This document shows, piece after piece, positions 50,201-61,894 of a DNA stretch of 64,000 nucleotides (the stretch's first letter is position 1; the number at the start of each line of letters is the position of its first letter). A program made the translations under genes and the position numbers. Source of the DNA: Mizuhopecten yessoensis (lineage: Eukaryota); NCBI RefSeq assembly GCF_002113885.1, contig NW_018407068.1, positions 293,849-357,848 on the forward strand, written 5' to 3'. Under the pieces are notes generated by a model. It was given only the letters and a program-made list of their open reading frames with translations. It was not told the DNA's origin and searched no databases.

Positions 50201-53200
50201 TTGACGAAGGCAAACTGTTTGTAGGGTGTACTCATCCCTTTGACGAAGGCGTTCTGTCTGTGGGGTGTACTCACCCCCTTCACGAAGGCGTCATATATGT
50301 GGGGTGTACTCACTCCTTTGTCAAAGGCATACTGTTTGTGGGGTGTACTCACCCCCTTTGACGAAGGTATACTGTCTGTTGGGTGTACTCACCCCCTTTT
50401 GACGAAGGCGTACTGTCTGTGGGGTGTACTCACCCTTTTGACGAAGGCGTCATATTTGTTGGGTGTACTCACTCCTTTGTCGAAGGCATACTGTTTGTTG
50501 GATGTAATCACCCCCTTTGACGAAGGCATACTGTTTTTGGGGTGTACTCACCCCCTTTGCCGAAGACATACTGTTTGTTGGGTGTACTCACCCCTTTGAC
50601 GAAGGCGTACTGTCTGTGGGGTGTACTCACCCCCTTTGACGAAGGCATACTGTATGTGGGGGGTACTCGCCCCCTTTGACGAATGCATACTGTCTGTGGG
50701 GTGTACTCACCCCATCGTCGAAGGCGTCATATTTGTTGGGCGTACTCACCCCCTTTGACGAAGGCATACTGTATGTGGGGTGTACTCTATCCCTTTGACG
50801 AGGGCATACTGTATGTGGGGTGTACTCTACCCCTTTGACGAGGGCATACTGTATGTGGGGTGTACTCACCCCCTTTGACGAAGGCATACTGTTTCTGGGG
50901 TGTACTCACCCCGTTTGGCGAAGGCATACTGTCTGTGGGCTGTACTCATCCCTTTGACAAAGGCGTCATATTTGTTGGGTGTACTCACCCCCTTTGCCAA
51001 AGGCGTCATATTTGTGGGATGTACTCACCCCTTTGACGAAGGCATACTGTTTGTGGGGCTTACTTACCCCCTTTGACGAAGGCATTCTGTTTTTTGGGTG
51101 TACTCACCCCTTTGACGAAGGCGTCAAATTTGTTGGGGTTCTCACCCCTTTGACGAAGGCGTCATATTGGTAGGATGTACTCACCCCTTTGACGAAGGCG
51201 TCATATATGTGGGGTGTAATCACTCCTTTGTCGAAGGCATACTGTTTGTAGGGTGTAGTCACCCCCTTTCACGAAGGCATACTGTCTGTGGGGTGTAGTC
51301 ACCCCCTTTGACGAAGGCATACTGTTTGTGGGTTGTACTCACCTCTTTGACGAAGGCATACTGTCTGTGGGGTGTAGTCACCCCCTTTCACAAAGGCGTA
51401 CTGTCTTTGGGGTGTACTCACCCCTTTGACGAAGGCATACTGTTTGGAAGGCATACTGTCTGTGGGGTGTAGTCACCCCCTTTAACGAAGGCATACTGTT
51501 TGTGGGGTGTACACACCTTCTTTGACGAAGGCATACTGTTTGTGGGGTGTACTCACCTCTTTGAGGAAGGCATACTGTCTGTGGGGTGTAGTCACCCCCT
51601 TTCACAAAGGCGTACTGTCTTTGGGTTGTACTCACCCCTTTGACGAAGGCATACTGTTTGTTGGATGTACTCACCCCTTTGACGAAGGCATACTGTCTGT
51701 GGGGTGTAGTCACCCCCTTTGACGAAGGCATACTGTTTGTGGGGTGTACTCACCTCTTTGAGGAAGGCATACTGTCTGTGGGGTGTAGTCACCCCCTTTC
51801 ACAAAGGCGTACTGTCTTTGGGTTGTACTCACCCCTTTGACGAAGGCATACTGTTTGTGGGGTGTACTCACCTCTTTGACGAAGGCGTCATATTTGTTGG
51901 GTGTACTCACCCCCTTTGACGAAGGCATACTGTCTGTGGGGTGTACTCACCCCCTTTGACGAAGGCGTCATATTTTTGGGGTGTACTCACCCCTTTCACG
52001 AAGGCGTCATATTTGTGGGGTGTACTCACCCCTTTCACGAAGGCGTCATATTTGTGGGGTGTACTCACCCCTTTGACGAAGGCGTCATATTTGTTGGGTA
52101 TACTCACCCCCTTTGACGAAGGTATACTGTATGTTGGGTGTACTAACCCCTTTGACGAAGGCATACTGTCTTTGGGGTGTACTCACCCCTTTGACGAAGT
52201 CATACTGTTTGTAGGGTGTACTCACCCCTTTGACGAAGGCGTCATATTTGTTGGGTGTACTCACCCCCTTTGACGAAGGCGTCATATTTTTGGGGTGTAC
52301 TCACCCCTTTCACGAAGGCGTCATATTTGTGGGGTGTACTCACCCCTTTGACGAAGGCGTCATATTTGTTGGGTATACTCACCCCCTTTGACGAAGGTAT
52401 ACTGTATGTTGGGTGTACTAACCCCTTTGACGAAGGCATACTGTCTTTGGGGTGTACTCACCCCTTTGACGAAGTCATACTGTTTGTAGGGTGTACTCAC
52501 CCCTTTGACGAAGGCGTCATATTTGTTGGGTGTACTCACCCCCTTTGACGAAGGCGTCATATTTTTGGGGTGTACTCACCCCTTTCACGAAGGCGTCATA
52601 TTTGTGGGGTGTACTCACCCCTTTGACGAAGGCGTCATATTTGTTGGGTATACTCACCCCCTTTGACGAAGGTATACTGTATGTTGGGTGTACTAACCCC
52701 TTTGACGAAGGCATACTGTTTGTGGGGTGTACTCACCCCTTTGACGAAGTCATACTGTTTGTAGGGTGTACTCACCCCTTTGACGAAGGCGTCATATTTG
52801 TTGGGTGTACTCACCCCCTTTGACGAAGGCGTCATATTTTTGGGGTGTACTCACCCCTTTCACGAAGGCGTCATATTTGTGGGGTGTACTCACCCCTTTG
52901 ACGAAGGCGTCATATTTGTTGGGTATACTCACCCCCTTTGACGAAGGTATACTGTATGTTGGGTGTACTAACCCCTTTGACGAAGGCATACTGTTTGTGG
53001 GGTGTACTCACCCCCTTTGGCGAATGCATTCTGTCTGTGGGGTGTACTCACCCCCTTTGACGACGGCATACTGTTTGTTGGGTGTACTCACCCCTTTGAC
53101 GAAGGCGTACTGCCTGTAGGGTGTACCCATCCCGTTTGACGAAGGCATACTGTTTGTAGGATGTACTCACCCCCTTTCACGAAGGCGTACTGTCTTTGGG

Positions 53201-55054
53201 GTGTAGTCACCCCTTTGACGAAGGCATACTGTTTGTTGGATGTACTCACCCCCTTTCGCGAAGGCGTACTGTCTTTGGGGTGTACTCACCCCTTTGACGA
53301 AGGCATACTGTCTGTGGGGTGTAGTCACCCCCTTTCACGAAGGCGTATTGTCTTTGGGGTGTACTCACCCCTTTGACGAAGGCATACTGTTTGTGGGGTG
53401 TACTCACCCCTTTGACGAAGGCGTCATGTTTGTGGGGTGTACTCATCCCTTTGACGAAGGCATACTGATTGTGGGGTGTACTCATCCCTTTGACGAAGGT
53501 ATACTGTTTGTGGGGTGTAATCACCCCTTTGACGAAGGCATACTGTTTGTATGATGAACTCATCTCTTTGACGAAGGCATACTGTTTGTAGGGTGTACTC
53601 ATCTCTTTGACGAAGGCATACTGTTTGTGGGGTGTACTCACCCCTTTGACGAAGGCATACTGTCTGTGGGGTGTACTCACGCCCTTTGACGAATGCGTCA
53701 TGTTTGTGGGGAGTACTCAAACCTTTGACGAAGGCATACTGTTTGTAGGGTGTACTCACCCCTTTGACGACGGCATACTGTTTGTAGGGTGTACTCAACC
53801 CTTTGACGAAGGCATACTGTCTGTGGGGTGTACTAACGCCCTTTGACGAATGCCTCATGTTTGTGGGGAGTACTCAAACCTCTGACGAAGGCATACTGTT
53901 TGTAGGGGGTACTCAACCCTTTGACGAAGGCATACTGTCTGTGGGGTGTAATCACCTCTTTGACGAAGGCATACTGTTTGTAGGGTGTACTTATCTCTTT
54001 GACGAAGGCATACTGTTTGTAGGGTGTACTCACCGCTTTGACGAAGGCATACTGTTTGTGGGGTGTACTCACCCCCTTTGACGAATCCGTCATGTTTGTG
54101 GGGAGTACTCACTCCCTTTGATGAAGGCATACTGTTTGTTGGGTGTACTCACCCCTTTGAAGAAGGCGTCATATTTGTTGGGTGTACTTACCCCTTTGGC
54201 GAAGGCGTCATATTTGATGCCTTGTACAGTAGATTCTGTGACAATTCCCTCTTTGTTACAGCCGAGCTGGCGGAACCGGAACCACAGTCTCTCCGTCTCC
54301 GCTATACTCACTGTAATATAATTATCTGTTATAAACACGCTGTTTAAATGTCAATGGCAAGACATTTACATAGAAGAGTGTTTCGGTGAAATGTCAACAT
54401 TTACAGGTGATACGTCTCCGTGATGAGATCTCTTCATGTAACAACTAGGTGTCACCTTTCTGACAAGACTTCTCTACAACGGTTTATTTTGTTCTTAAAG
54501 TTGGTGTCTTAAAGTAAAGAGAGGCATCTCTACCTGTCTGATAAATGAGACTCTTCCACCCTACCGGTGCTATCTCCTAACTGACGAGAACTCCCGAACC
54601 AATCCGACGAGACAATTCCGTCTTACTACCGGAACTCATCTCTCCACCCTATTTACGAGACTCTCAAAATTACAGGAAAGACAACGTCTAACCTACCAGT
54701 GCTACTTCTCCTGTTAACTGACTAGAACTTCCATTTTGGCGAGACCTGTCCATCTTACCAGTGAAACCCGTCTCTCTACTGAGACCTCTCAGCGTTATAG
54801 GTGGTACTCTCCTGCATTACGAGTAAGATACAGTATCGATAATGGCAAGCCAACTTTACATTTATTCAAGGAGCATTGGAAAAAAATGTTATTTCGGCTT
54901 GGCATAATCTATCGTCACCATTACCATATCGTCACGTACGTTCTGTTGCTATGGCGTGGGTCGTTATCCAGTTAGAGTCCGTAGACTTAATCTTGTCCTT
55001 GACCACCAAACACTCCGAGTCAGGCAGGAATATTAAACTGGCAACGGAACCCAT
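41239..55054 (-). CDS. Predicted N-myristoylated calcineurin-B/CHP-like EF-hand protein with C-terminal Death-domain-like region, 321 aa, 8 coding exons
   Basis: Exons 55054-54940, 54310-54192, 46814-46712, 46118-46024, 45699-45645, 45365-45235, 45002-44775 and 41358-41239 are all GT-AG and phase-consistent (966 nt). Starts MGSVAS; CHP/CNB-like segments ETERLWFRFRQL, LTFENFLRGM and GDTDTKLRAIF; canonical EF loop DSDKNGNFSEKE; Death-fold pattern DLERLCNKLGLTKEDYDEL...ATLILMKYREKSG...ELEKALRDAGM. Confidence 0.85.
41498..44108. repeat. 26-bp minisatellite (~100 copies) in the last intron of the EF-hand/Death-domain gene
   Basis: Unit GTCCTATCCTGATACAACTGGGTACC and variants; TATGCTGA variants dominate the right half. 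Confidence 0.97.
46308..46632. repeat. 47-49 bp tandem repeat (~6-7 copies)
   Basis: Unit TCGTGCCTCCCACACAGAAATGTCCTTCATACAACAATTACTATAACCC. Confidence 0.95.
47218..47977. repeat. 25-bp minisatellite (~30 near-identical copies)
   Basis: Unit ATCTGTAAAGTGTGTATATTATATC. Confidence 0.97.
48140..54216. repeat. 39-40 bp tandem array (~150 copies) derived from an exon end plus splice donor
   Basis: Plus-strand unit TTTGACGAAGGCATACTGTTTGTGGGGTGTACTCACCCC. The right-most copy overlaps exon 54310-54192 and its donor; copies at 48140-48280 are decayed. Confidence 0.97.
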
Positions 55055-55836
55055 CACTAAAATACAGGACAGGGAAAAAACACAATAATATGCAACACTA
55101 TACATGATCGACAGATAAATAGACGGTACCCGTGATAACTGATATTGTTCCCTATTCGACTGAATACGCCTCCTCTTTGCACTTTTGAGGAGTTACTGGT
55201 ATCGTAATTGGAAATAAATAAAACATTTTCTATTATGCTTTGTTATATTTCATAACATATTATGGGTGGATTAGTCTAAAAAAGAAACTGTCTTCCACAC
55301 GGTCGTCCGGGTTCGATTCCCGTGTGATCGAAGACTATTTATCAGAGATATTCTTCCAACCATTGACCTCCCCATGGCTTTGCATAAACATATGAAATTT
55401 AAAGAAATGTTATTGGTGGTTTATATAAATACTTGTTTTTTACGATATTTCCGAAAATTGGTATGTAATAGAGATTCATGGTGCAACTTTGAAGATTAAA
55501 TATAAGGCAGATATTATAATTAGACTAGAAAGGTATAGACGGTGTAGTACCTACCCATAACACACTCTAGCGCGGTATACTTAATTAATGTCCCACTATC
55601 GCCGTGCTATCTGATCAAAACGTATTCAGCAAAACATTAAATGAACATGAATCAAATCTACAATTAATAATTGTGTTGGAATGTAACAATTATGATAGTT
55701 TAAAGAATTTATGAGCGTAAATTTCGGTACGTCTTTCTATGCAATATTGATAAAATTGGAATGAATGGTGTTATGTGATAATAGGTTTTAGATATATTTC
55801 CCACTGTACAGATAAATAATTCAGTATAATTCTTAC

Positions 55837-55930
55837 CTTTGTAATCCGATCTCACAATTGAAAATCACATAACTTCGTCAAGCTTCTACTTCACACCACG
55901 TACACGTTCACGTTCACCACCACGTTTTAA
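55837..55930 (-). other. Probable 5' UTR exon of the EF-hand/Death-domain gene
   Basis: Strong donor AAAG|GTAAGA at 55837/55836. The first coding exon has an acceptor (tattttAG) 2 nt before its ATG, which implies an upstream non-coding exon. The 5' boundary is approximate. Confidence 0.55.
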
Positions 55931-57399
55931 TGACGGAACCTTACTGTTGAATACCTTTGTTTCGCTTTAGAACAGGGGCACTTGTTAGTCGTATATATCT
56001 TGTATGGCTATGATAAATCCGTCGAAAAAAATGTTCATATCAATATGTTTATCAATGTATTAATCCTGTTTTGATTTAAAATCCAGACCTACACAAATTA
56101 TTCTGTTTGGATGTGATTTTGTATAATGATATCAGAGTTGGAAACTGTGGAAACATGTCGTTAAGTTGATTAGACAGGTAAAATTGAGAACGGGGTGGTA
56201 AAGTGCATGGCGGGTAATTTATATCTGACAGGACTGTTCCAAACCCCTCTTAGAGTCGAGATCACAGTTCCATGCGTACGACCTCTTTGTCACGGTCGTT
56301 CCCCTCTAAGAGTTCTGTAGAGGATTGCGCTTGATAACATCGGATTGTAAATACATGCCCAGCCGAGTTCTCCATACGTACACCTCGATGTGTCTATACG
56401 TATTGGTATTAAACTGCCCGAAATTTGGGAATGCTTTCTTTATTTTACCTATTTACTTTCTTGCATATGTATATCAAATGCTTATTTTTTTGAAAATATG
56501 TAAAAGTGAAATTAATATGTTCTCTTTTACACAAATTTAAATTTTATATATGATCAGCTCAATTATTGTATGCGGTAATTTGCGTGATTTAAGATTAGCG
56601 CAAACCGTTAATAATACAGTATATAATCTAAATGAATCTCTTTCAGAATGATAACGAAGTTGCGGCGCTTGTCAATAACAAAAATTTAAGTTCCGCGAAA
56701 TATAAGCGACATAAACAGTAAAACAGTGCGTATCAGTAAGTATATATACAGTAAAACCCCGATATACCGCCACCTTCCGTTCAAGGACATTTTTTGGCGG
56801 TACAACGGGTTTGGCAGTACGAGTTGTCCCTGCTAAATGACAGGTGGATGAACGCTTGTTTGTTTTGGGGCACATATATATCCAACACTTACCAATGAAA
56901 ACTCAAATATACATGTATTTATGCAATTTTTAATATACACACCGTTTTTGAAAGAATAATTAGTTCGGAAATGTTGACTACACGAGTACCGCGTCGAGAG
57001 TGTCAGTTTTAGGTGCCCGTATTTAGTTTAACTTACAATTGTCAAATAATGTCTGCATAGCGGTGCCAATATTCGCATTTCTCTACTGCAAATGCCATCA
57101 TTTCTGTACGTCAGACTATGTAGCCAAGTGTAAATGTTCGACTAAGTAAAGAACCGTCTCAATATCCTGTTTCTCTGCCGCACACCAGGCGGAGATCGTC
57201 AAGAGTCCGTCTCGTCGGGATTTTTTCACATCAATAATGCCATCGTCTGATAATACCTGAGTGGGTCGCAAGCATCTGCTCATTTCAATAAACTGTCTCA
57301 TAGTCAAACGTAAATCGGTATCGAGATCAAGTCTTATAGACTTACACTCAGCGGCGATTTTTTATTTTTTTTATGTGAAGCTGAATTTAACGAATGGCT

Positions 57400-57900
57400 C
57401 ATCAGGACAGGTAACAAAGATCTTGCAAAAATCCTTCAATTTCACTTTCAGATATATTGACCAAGTCAATACCCTTATACCTACCAACCTAAGTTTTAAA
57501 TGAAGGATACAATCTACCTCAGCCGCAAACTCAATATTTACTTCTATGACCAATAGAGACTGTTCACAGCCGAGTTGTATGATAAACATGACTATTTCGA
57601 ATTAACGATCGTGATGATAATTCCCTTTCTTTCCTTTTTCATGTCACAGTTTTTCGATATTAACATGCTTGCTCAGCACATCATCACGATTTTCCGCTAT
57701 AGATGTAGAATGCACATAAACAAGCTCACCAAACAGCGTTTCGAGTGATGCAAGTTGATGAAGGCTATGGGTTAGTGTATGGTCGCCATATTTATCTCAT
57801 AAAGAAGTAGAAGGAACTATTTCCTTGTGTGATATAAATATCGACGGTTTTGATTATACTTGTTGACACTACCCTTCTTCTTACTTTGAGGACGTGCCAT
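57400..57900 (+). mobile_element. Degenerate Penelope-like retroelement RT fragment
   Basis: KSFNFTFRYID (FRYIDD-type motif) and a downstream LYDK-HD-YF...FPF-like segment typical of PLE RT C-termini; heavily decayed. Confidence 0.6.
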
Positions 57901-60429
57901 TACTAGGAATCAGATGACACTGATCCTCCCGGTATTGTTCTTGTAGTTTTTCAATGGTATCCCTGTAATGTTCCTTGATGGTCCCAAAATCTAGTGTTTG
58001 CAACCATTGTTGGATCATCCCGAAGCTAGTGTCGACTACCACTGCTTTAACCATGTTGTTCAAGCTCAAACTAATTCCTGCTAAATAATGTTACAATATC
58101 TTTGTCCATCCCCACATTCGGAGTATGTTAACATATATGTTGGCGTTCTCAATCTGACTTCTGCTATCGGCACTTACGCCGGCTCGAAATTTTACACCTT
58201 CTTTCAATCATTTGACGTCTGCTGCCAATTCGGTTACCTCAACATTTAGTGTATGGTATCAATGCTATGACATTTGAAAAAAATTGTCAGGACGTATCTT
58301 AATCAGTTATATACTTTTTCATCTTGAGTAACCAAATTTGGTATTGAAGGAGTAGAGAAGTAGGTCACTGTGAGCTATATATGCTTTGACCTTTGACCTT
58401 AACCTTTGAAAAAGCTAGTCCGGGGCTCATTTCAACTGGAACAACGAGATTTAGTATGAAAGTACATCTTGGGATCGTGGAGTGCAGGATACGAGAAGCA
58501 GGTCACTATGACCTATGTTTTGAAAGAAATTGCCCAGAGAATACCTTCTATACTTTTTCACTAGAATTAACCAATTAGGTATACAGGTATACCTTACGAT
58601 GGTAGTGCAATTTACGTGAAATAGGTCAATGTGATATATGCATTGACCACTGAAGCCATTGAAAAAGTTGGTCAAAAGTTTATCTTCTATACTATTTCCC
58701 CTGAAGTAGCCAAATTTGGTATCCAGGTTTATCACAGATGACAGAATTAAGAGTAGCAAAAGCCTTGGACTGCCATCACTGAAAATATACATTTATCGCG
58801 ATAGGTGTTTCTTTTTAGTTTTTTTTTTTAGTTTTTTTTTATACTAAAGTTGGTCCCGAGATAGGTGTACATCTCGGTAAAGTAAGATAATGAGGGACTA
58901 TGGATTGATTGAAATACATTGCCTTGTTCAATATAAGGTGTGTTACATGTTCTATGTGATCACTCCGAAATCTGGAGTCTAGTTCCTATATTACCATTAT
59001 ATTTGTTATACAGAAATCGGGTATGTGTTGCATATATCTATCATAACTGTGGTCATTCCGAAATCTTGTGTTCAGTTTCTGAACTGCCATCAATTTTGTC
59101 ATACGGTAATTGGGCGTGGTATTTTTGCCAATGACACTACTACTTTGGTCGTACAGAAAGCTACTTTGGTCGTACAGATTGCTTGTGTCTTCTGTCGATA
59201 TTTCCACCTGTTTGTTCATGGTCAAACTAGCAAAAGATAAGAAGGTAAATGTGAGATAAAAATGAACAAAGAACAAGTATCATATAAACATATACTTTAC
59301 TTAACCATTGCAGATCACTAACATTATAGACTTGCATTCACAACAATATCTCAGTAATGAGACATTTAGATAATAAATATATATGGATATGTGGGACCTT
59401 TCCCCAGGTACAAATTGAGGAGGAGGTAAACCTACTCCAGCCACAGCTCCTATGACACAATGATAGAATACTGTAGGGTTACACGGGTCAGTAGTAACAC
59501 TATTATCAACTTCTCAGGATTTGGACAAACTGGGTTAGCTCAATGACACTTAAAATGCAAAGTTAAATGAATGATTTTGGTGCAATTATTAAACACTCCA
59601 ATTGAAATTTGATTTAACATCTGATATTTTTGTTGAGGAGGTTTGCTACAACTTTGCCTTGGACAAAAAATGACTTATCATGTTATATCCCAATGATTTT
59701 AATGATAACTGATAGTTTTGATGTTGTGGTTATTTAGTTTACCAATAATGACATTTAAAAATTAACTATCACTCATTTAGTTTAAATAATGATGTTAATA
59801 CAACATGCTATCCCAAGTTTAGTGTATATAACGGTTAATAAAACTGATTTATTTCCCCAAAAAAGCCAATTAAAACGCCAAAGCGATCATATTGAATTTT
59901 GCTATTTATTTGAATGAACTTGGTAACTCTTCACTCCTGCAAGATACAGGCCAAATATCATAGCACTAGGCATTTTCATTCTTGAAGAGTTCGAATTTAC
60001 AGGTATATTTCACACATATGAACTTGAATTTCTGACAATTTGATTAACTTGGACATTTCAAAGTATGTCACACCTGCAAACTCTATGATCCAAATATCAC
60101 GACTAAAAATCTTATGCTTTCAGATAAATAGCTATAAGTTTGTCATCATTAACTTTAATATTATTATCATACATTCCAGCACAGACTTCAGACACGTGTG
60201 AATGACCCCAATTTCTCCAGTTTGTACCAATATCAAATAGGACTTGTAAACATACATCATAATTAACTACGGATGATAGCACTTTTATGGTTAAAAAAAT
60301 CTTAAAAAAACAAGTAATTCAGTAATACATGATTAGATACAGCACCAGCAAAACAAGGTGCCATGCTGTTTTTAAGAGATTGGAGTTAAGATGGTGACAT
60401 GAAAGTGACTACTATAATAATGATACCAG

Positions 60430-60664
60430 GGCCAAGCTGTTCAAAAGGTGATGAGCTTAATCAGTGATAAGCGCAAATTTTAATTTTAGCGTAACTTAAA
60501 ACACAACCATTGAATTAGTTACAACTTTCCAGATATCAAATATTTAGTAGAGTGATATACATGCAAAATTGTGAGATTTTGCTTTGTATATTGACGATAT
60601 CGTTAAAGGATGAAAAATGTCGTTAAACAGTGATTAAGCTAACCCCTTTTTGAGCAACTTGGCC
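60430..60664. mobile_element. PIF/Harbinger-like MITE
   Basis: TIRs GGCCAAGCTGTTCAAAA / TTTTGAGCAACTTGGCC with a 3-bp direct repeat CAG on both sides (60427-60429, 60665-60667). Confidence 0.7.
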
Positions 60665-61894
60665 CAGGACTAGATCTTTACTCACAGCAGTAGGAATTGT
60701 CATCAGATGAAAGTGTCATGAACTATGATTAATCCAATTTTCCTCTTATCATAATTCAGTTAGAATGAATAAATACCATGCATGTTTAGAAGACTAAGGG
60801 AAATAACTCCATTTCTCTTTTGATGATAACAACACTAATGAAGGAGTTCTGTGGTAATTGTCAAATTGGGTTCTCACTCTAAAGTAAAAACAGTAGGATC
60901 AACTAAAACTGGTGGATATTCCATGAGGAGAATGATGTGAAATCTGTATGTATAAATATTACTATATATGATTTGTTATTATGAAATCCATGTCATTAAA
61001 ATTGAAAAATGACATTTGATTCGAACAGGGTAAGTAAACAAATCAAAATAATCTGCTATAGGTAAACAAAATATTCATTCCAGTTCAGATCTTAACACAG
61101 TTATATTTTTATATTAATTATTCCAAAAGATACTAGGTAATTTAGGATGTGAGGACTGTTCCTAGGTCGGGACAATAATACAACCACCATCAGTTAGTGA
61201 AATATTCCCTACACTAAATACGATGATAAATGACATTATATCATAATTGCCCTTATATTAGACTCCCCTGTCACCCATTAAATGGGAGAAGTTTTTAGTT
61301 AAAAATATACGTTAATTAAACAGTTGATTAACACCGGTTGTTATATTTTGATTAAAATGATGACCTTTGGAACATTTAAGATTGAACACATGCGTCAGTT
61401 GTTTTAGTGCTCCTTCATAAAACACATTTCTATAATAAAGCACTAGTACAAGATGGAAATTAATAAAACAAAAACCTTCCTCTTCCAATAAATAAAATTA
61501 TACATTTAACTACATGTAATTTTAATTTTATAGTTTACAATTTCATACTTTAAACAGAAAAACATATAATAAGAAATGAGGTATAGATAGTAAGATATCG
61601 TAAGTGTGAACATACAACATAACACTAAAACTGCTTGTAGTCCTAATCTATGGGGCAGGCTTTGCAAATTATACACATGTTGAAATTCTCCGGTAGCTAT
61701 AAAAACATTTCCAATGTAATTGATTACTTTACAATGCTGTCATGCTTAACAGTAAGTTACAGTACTTCAAACAGATCAAATAGATGTTTGTCACTTAAAT
61801 AGGATAGAAGTCAAAGTTAGCTAGGTTGCCTCCCATCTTACACTATCACAGACAACACAATGGAATGTTTAACTGTCTCAGATTGTAAATGTAA

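Noticed and set aside
48284-54130. Dozens of short repetitive ORFs on both strands
   Set aside because: By-products of a 39/40-bp repeat with frequent frameshifts. Only the non-repetitive part of ORF 54090..54338 is a real exon.
48280-54216. CRISPR-like array (39-bp palindromic repeats)
   Set aside because: Units are head-to-tail with no unique spacers, there are no cas genes, the context is a eukaryotic intron, and the unit derives from an exon-donor junction.
56749-57260. Possible pogo/Tigger remnant (CAGTAAAACCCCG start)
   Set aside because: No matching second TIR or catalytic motif could be identified.
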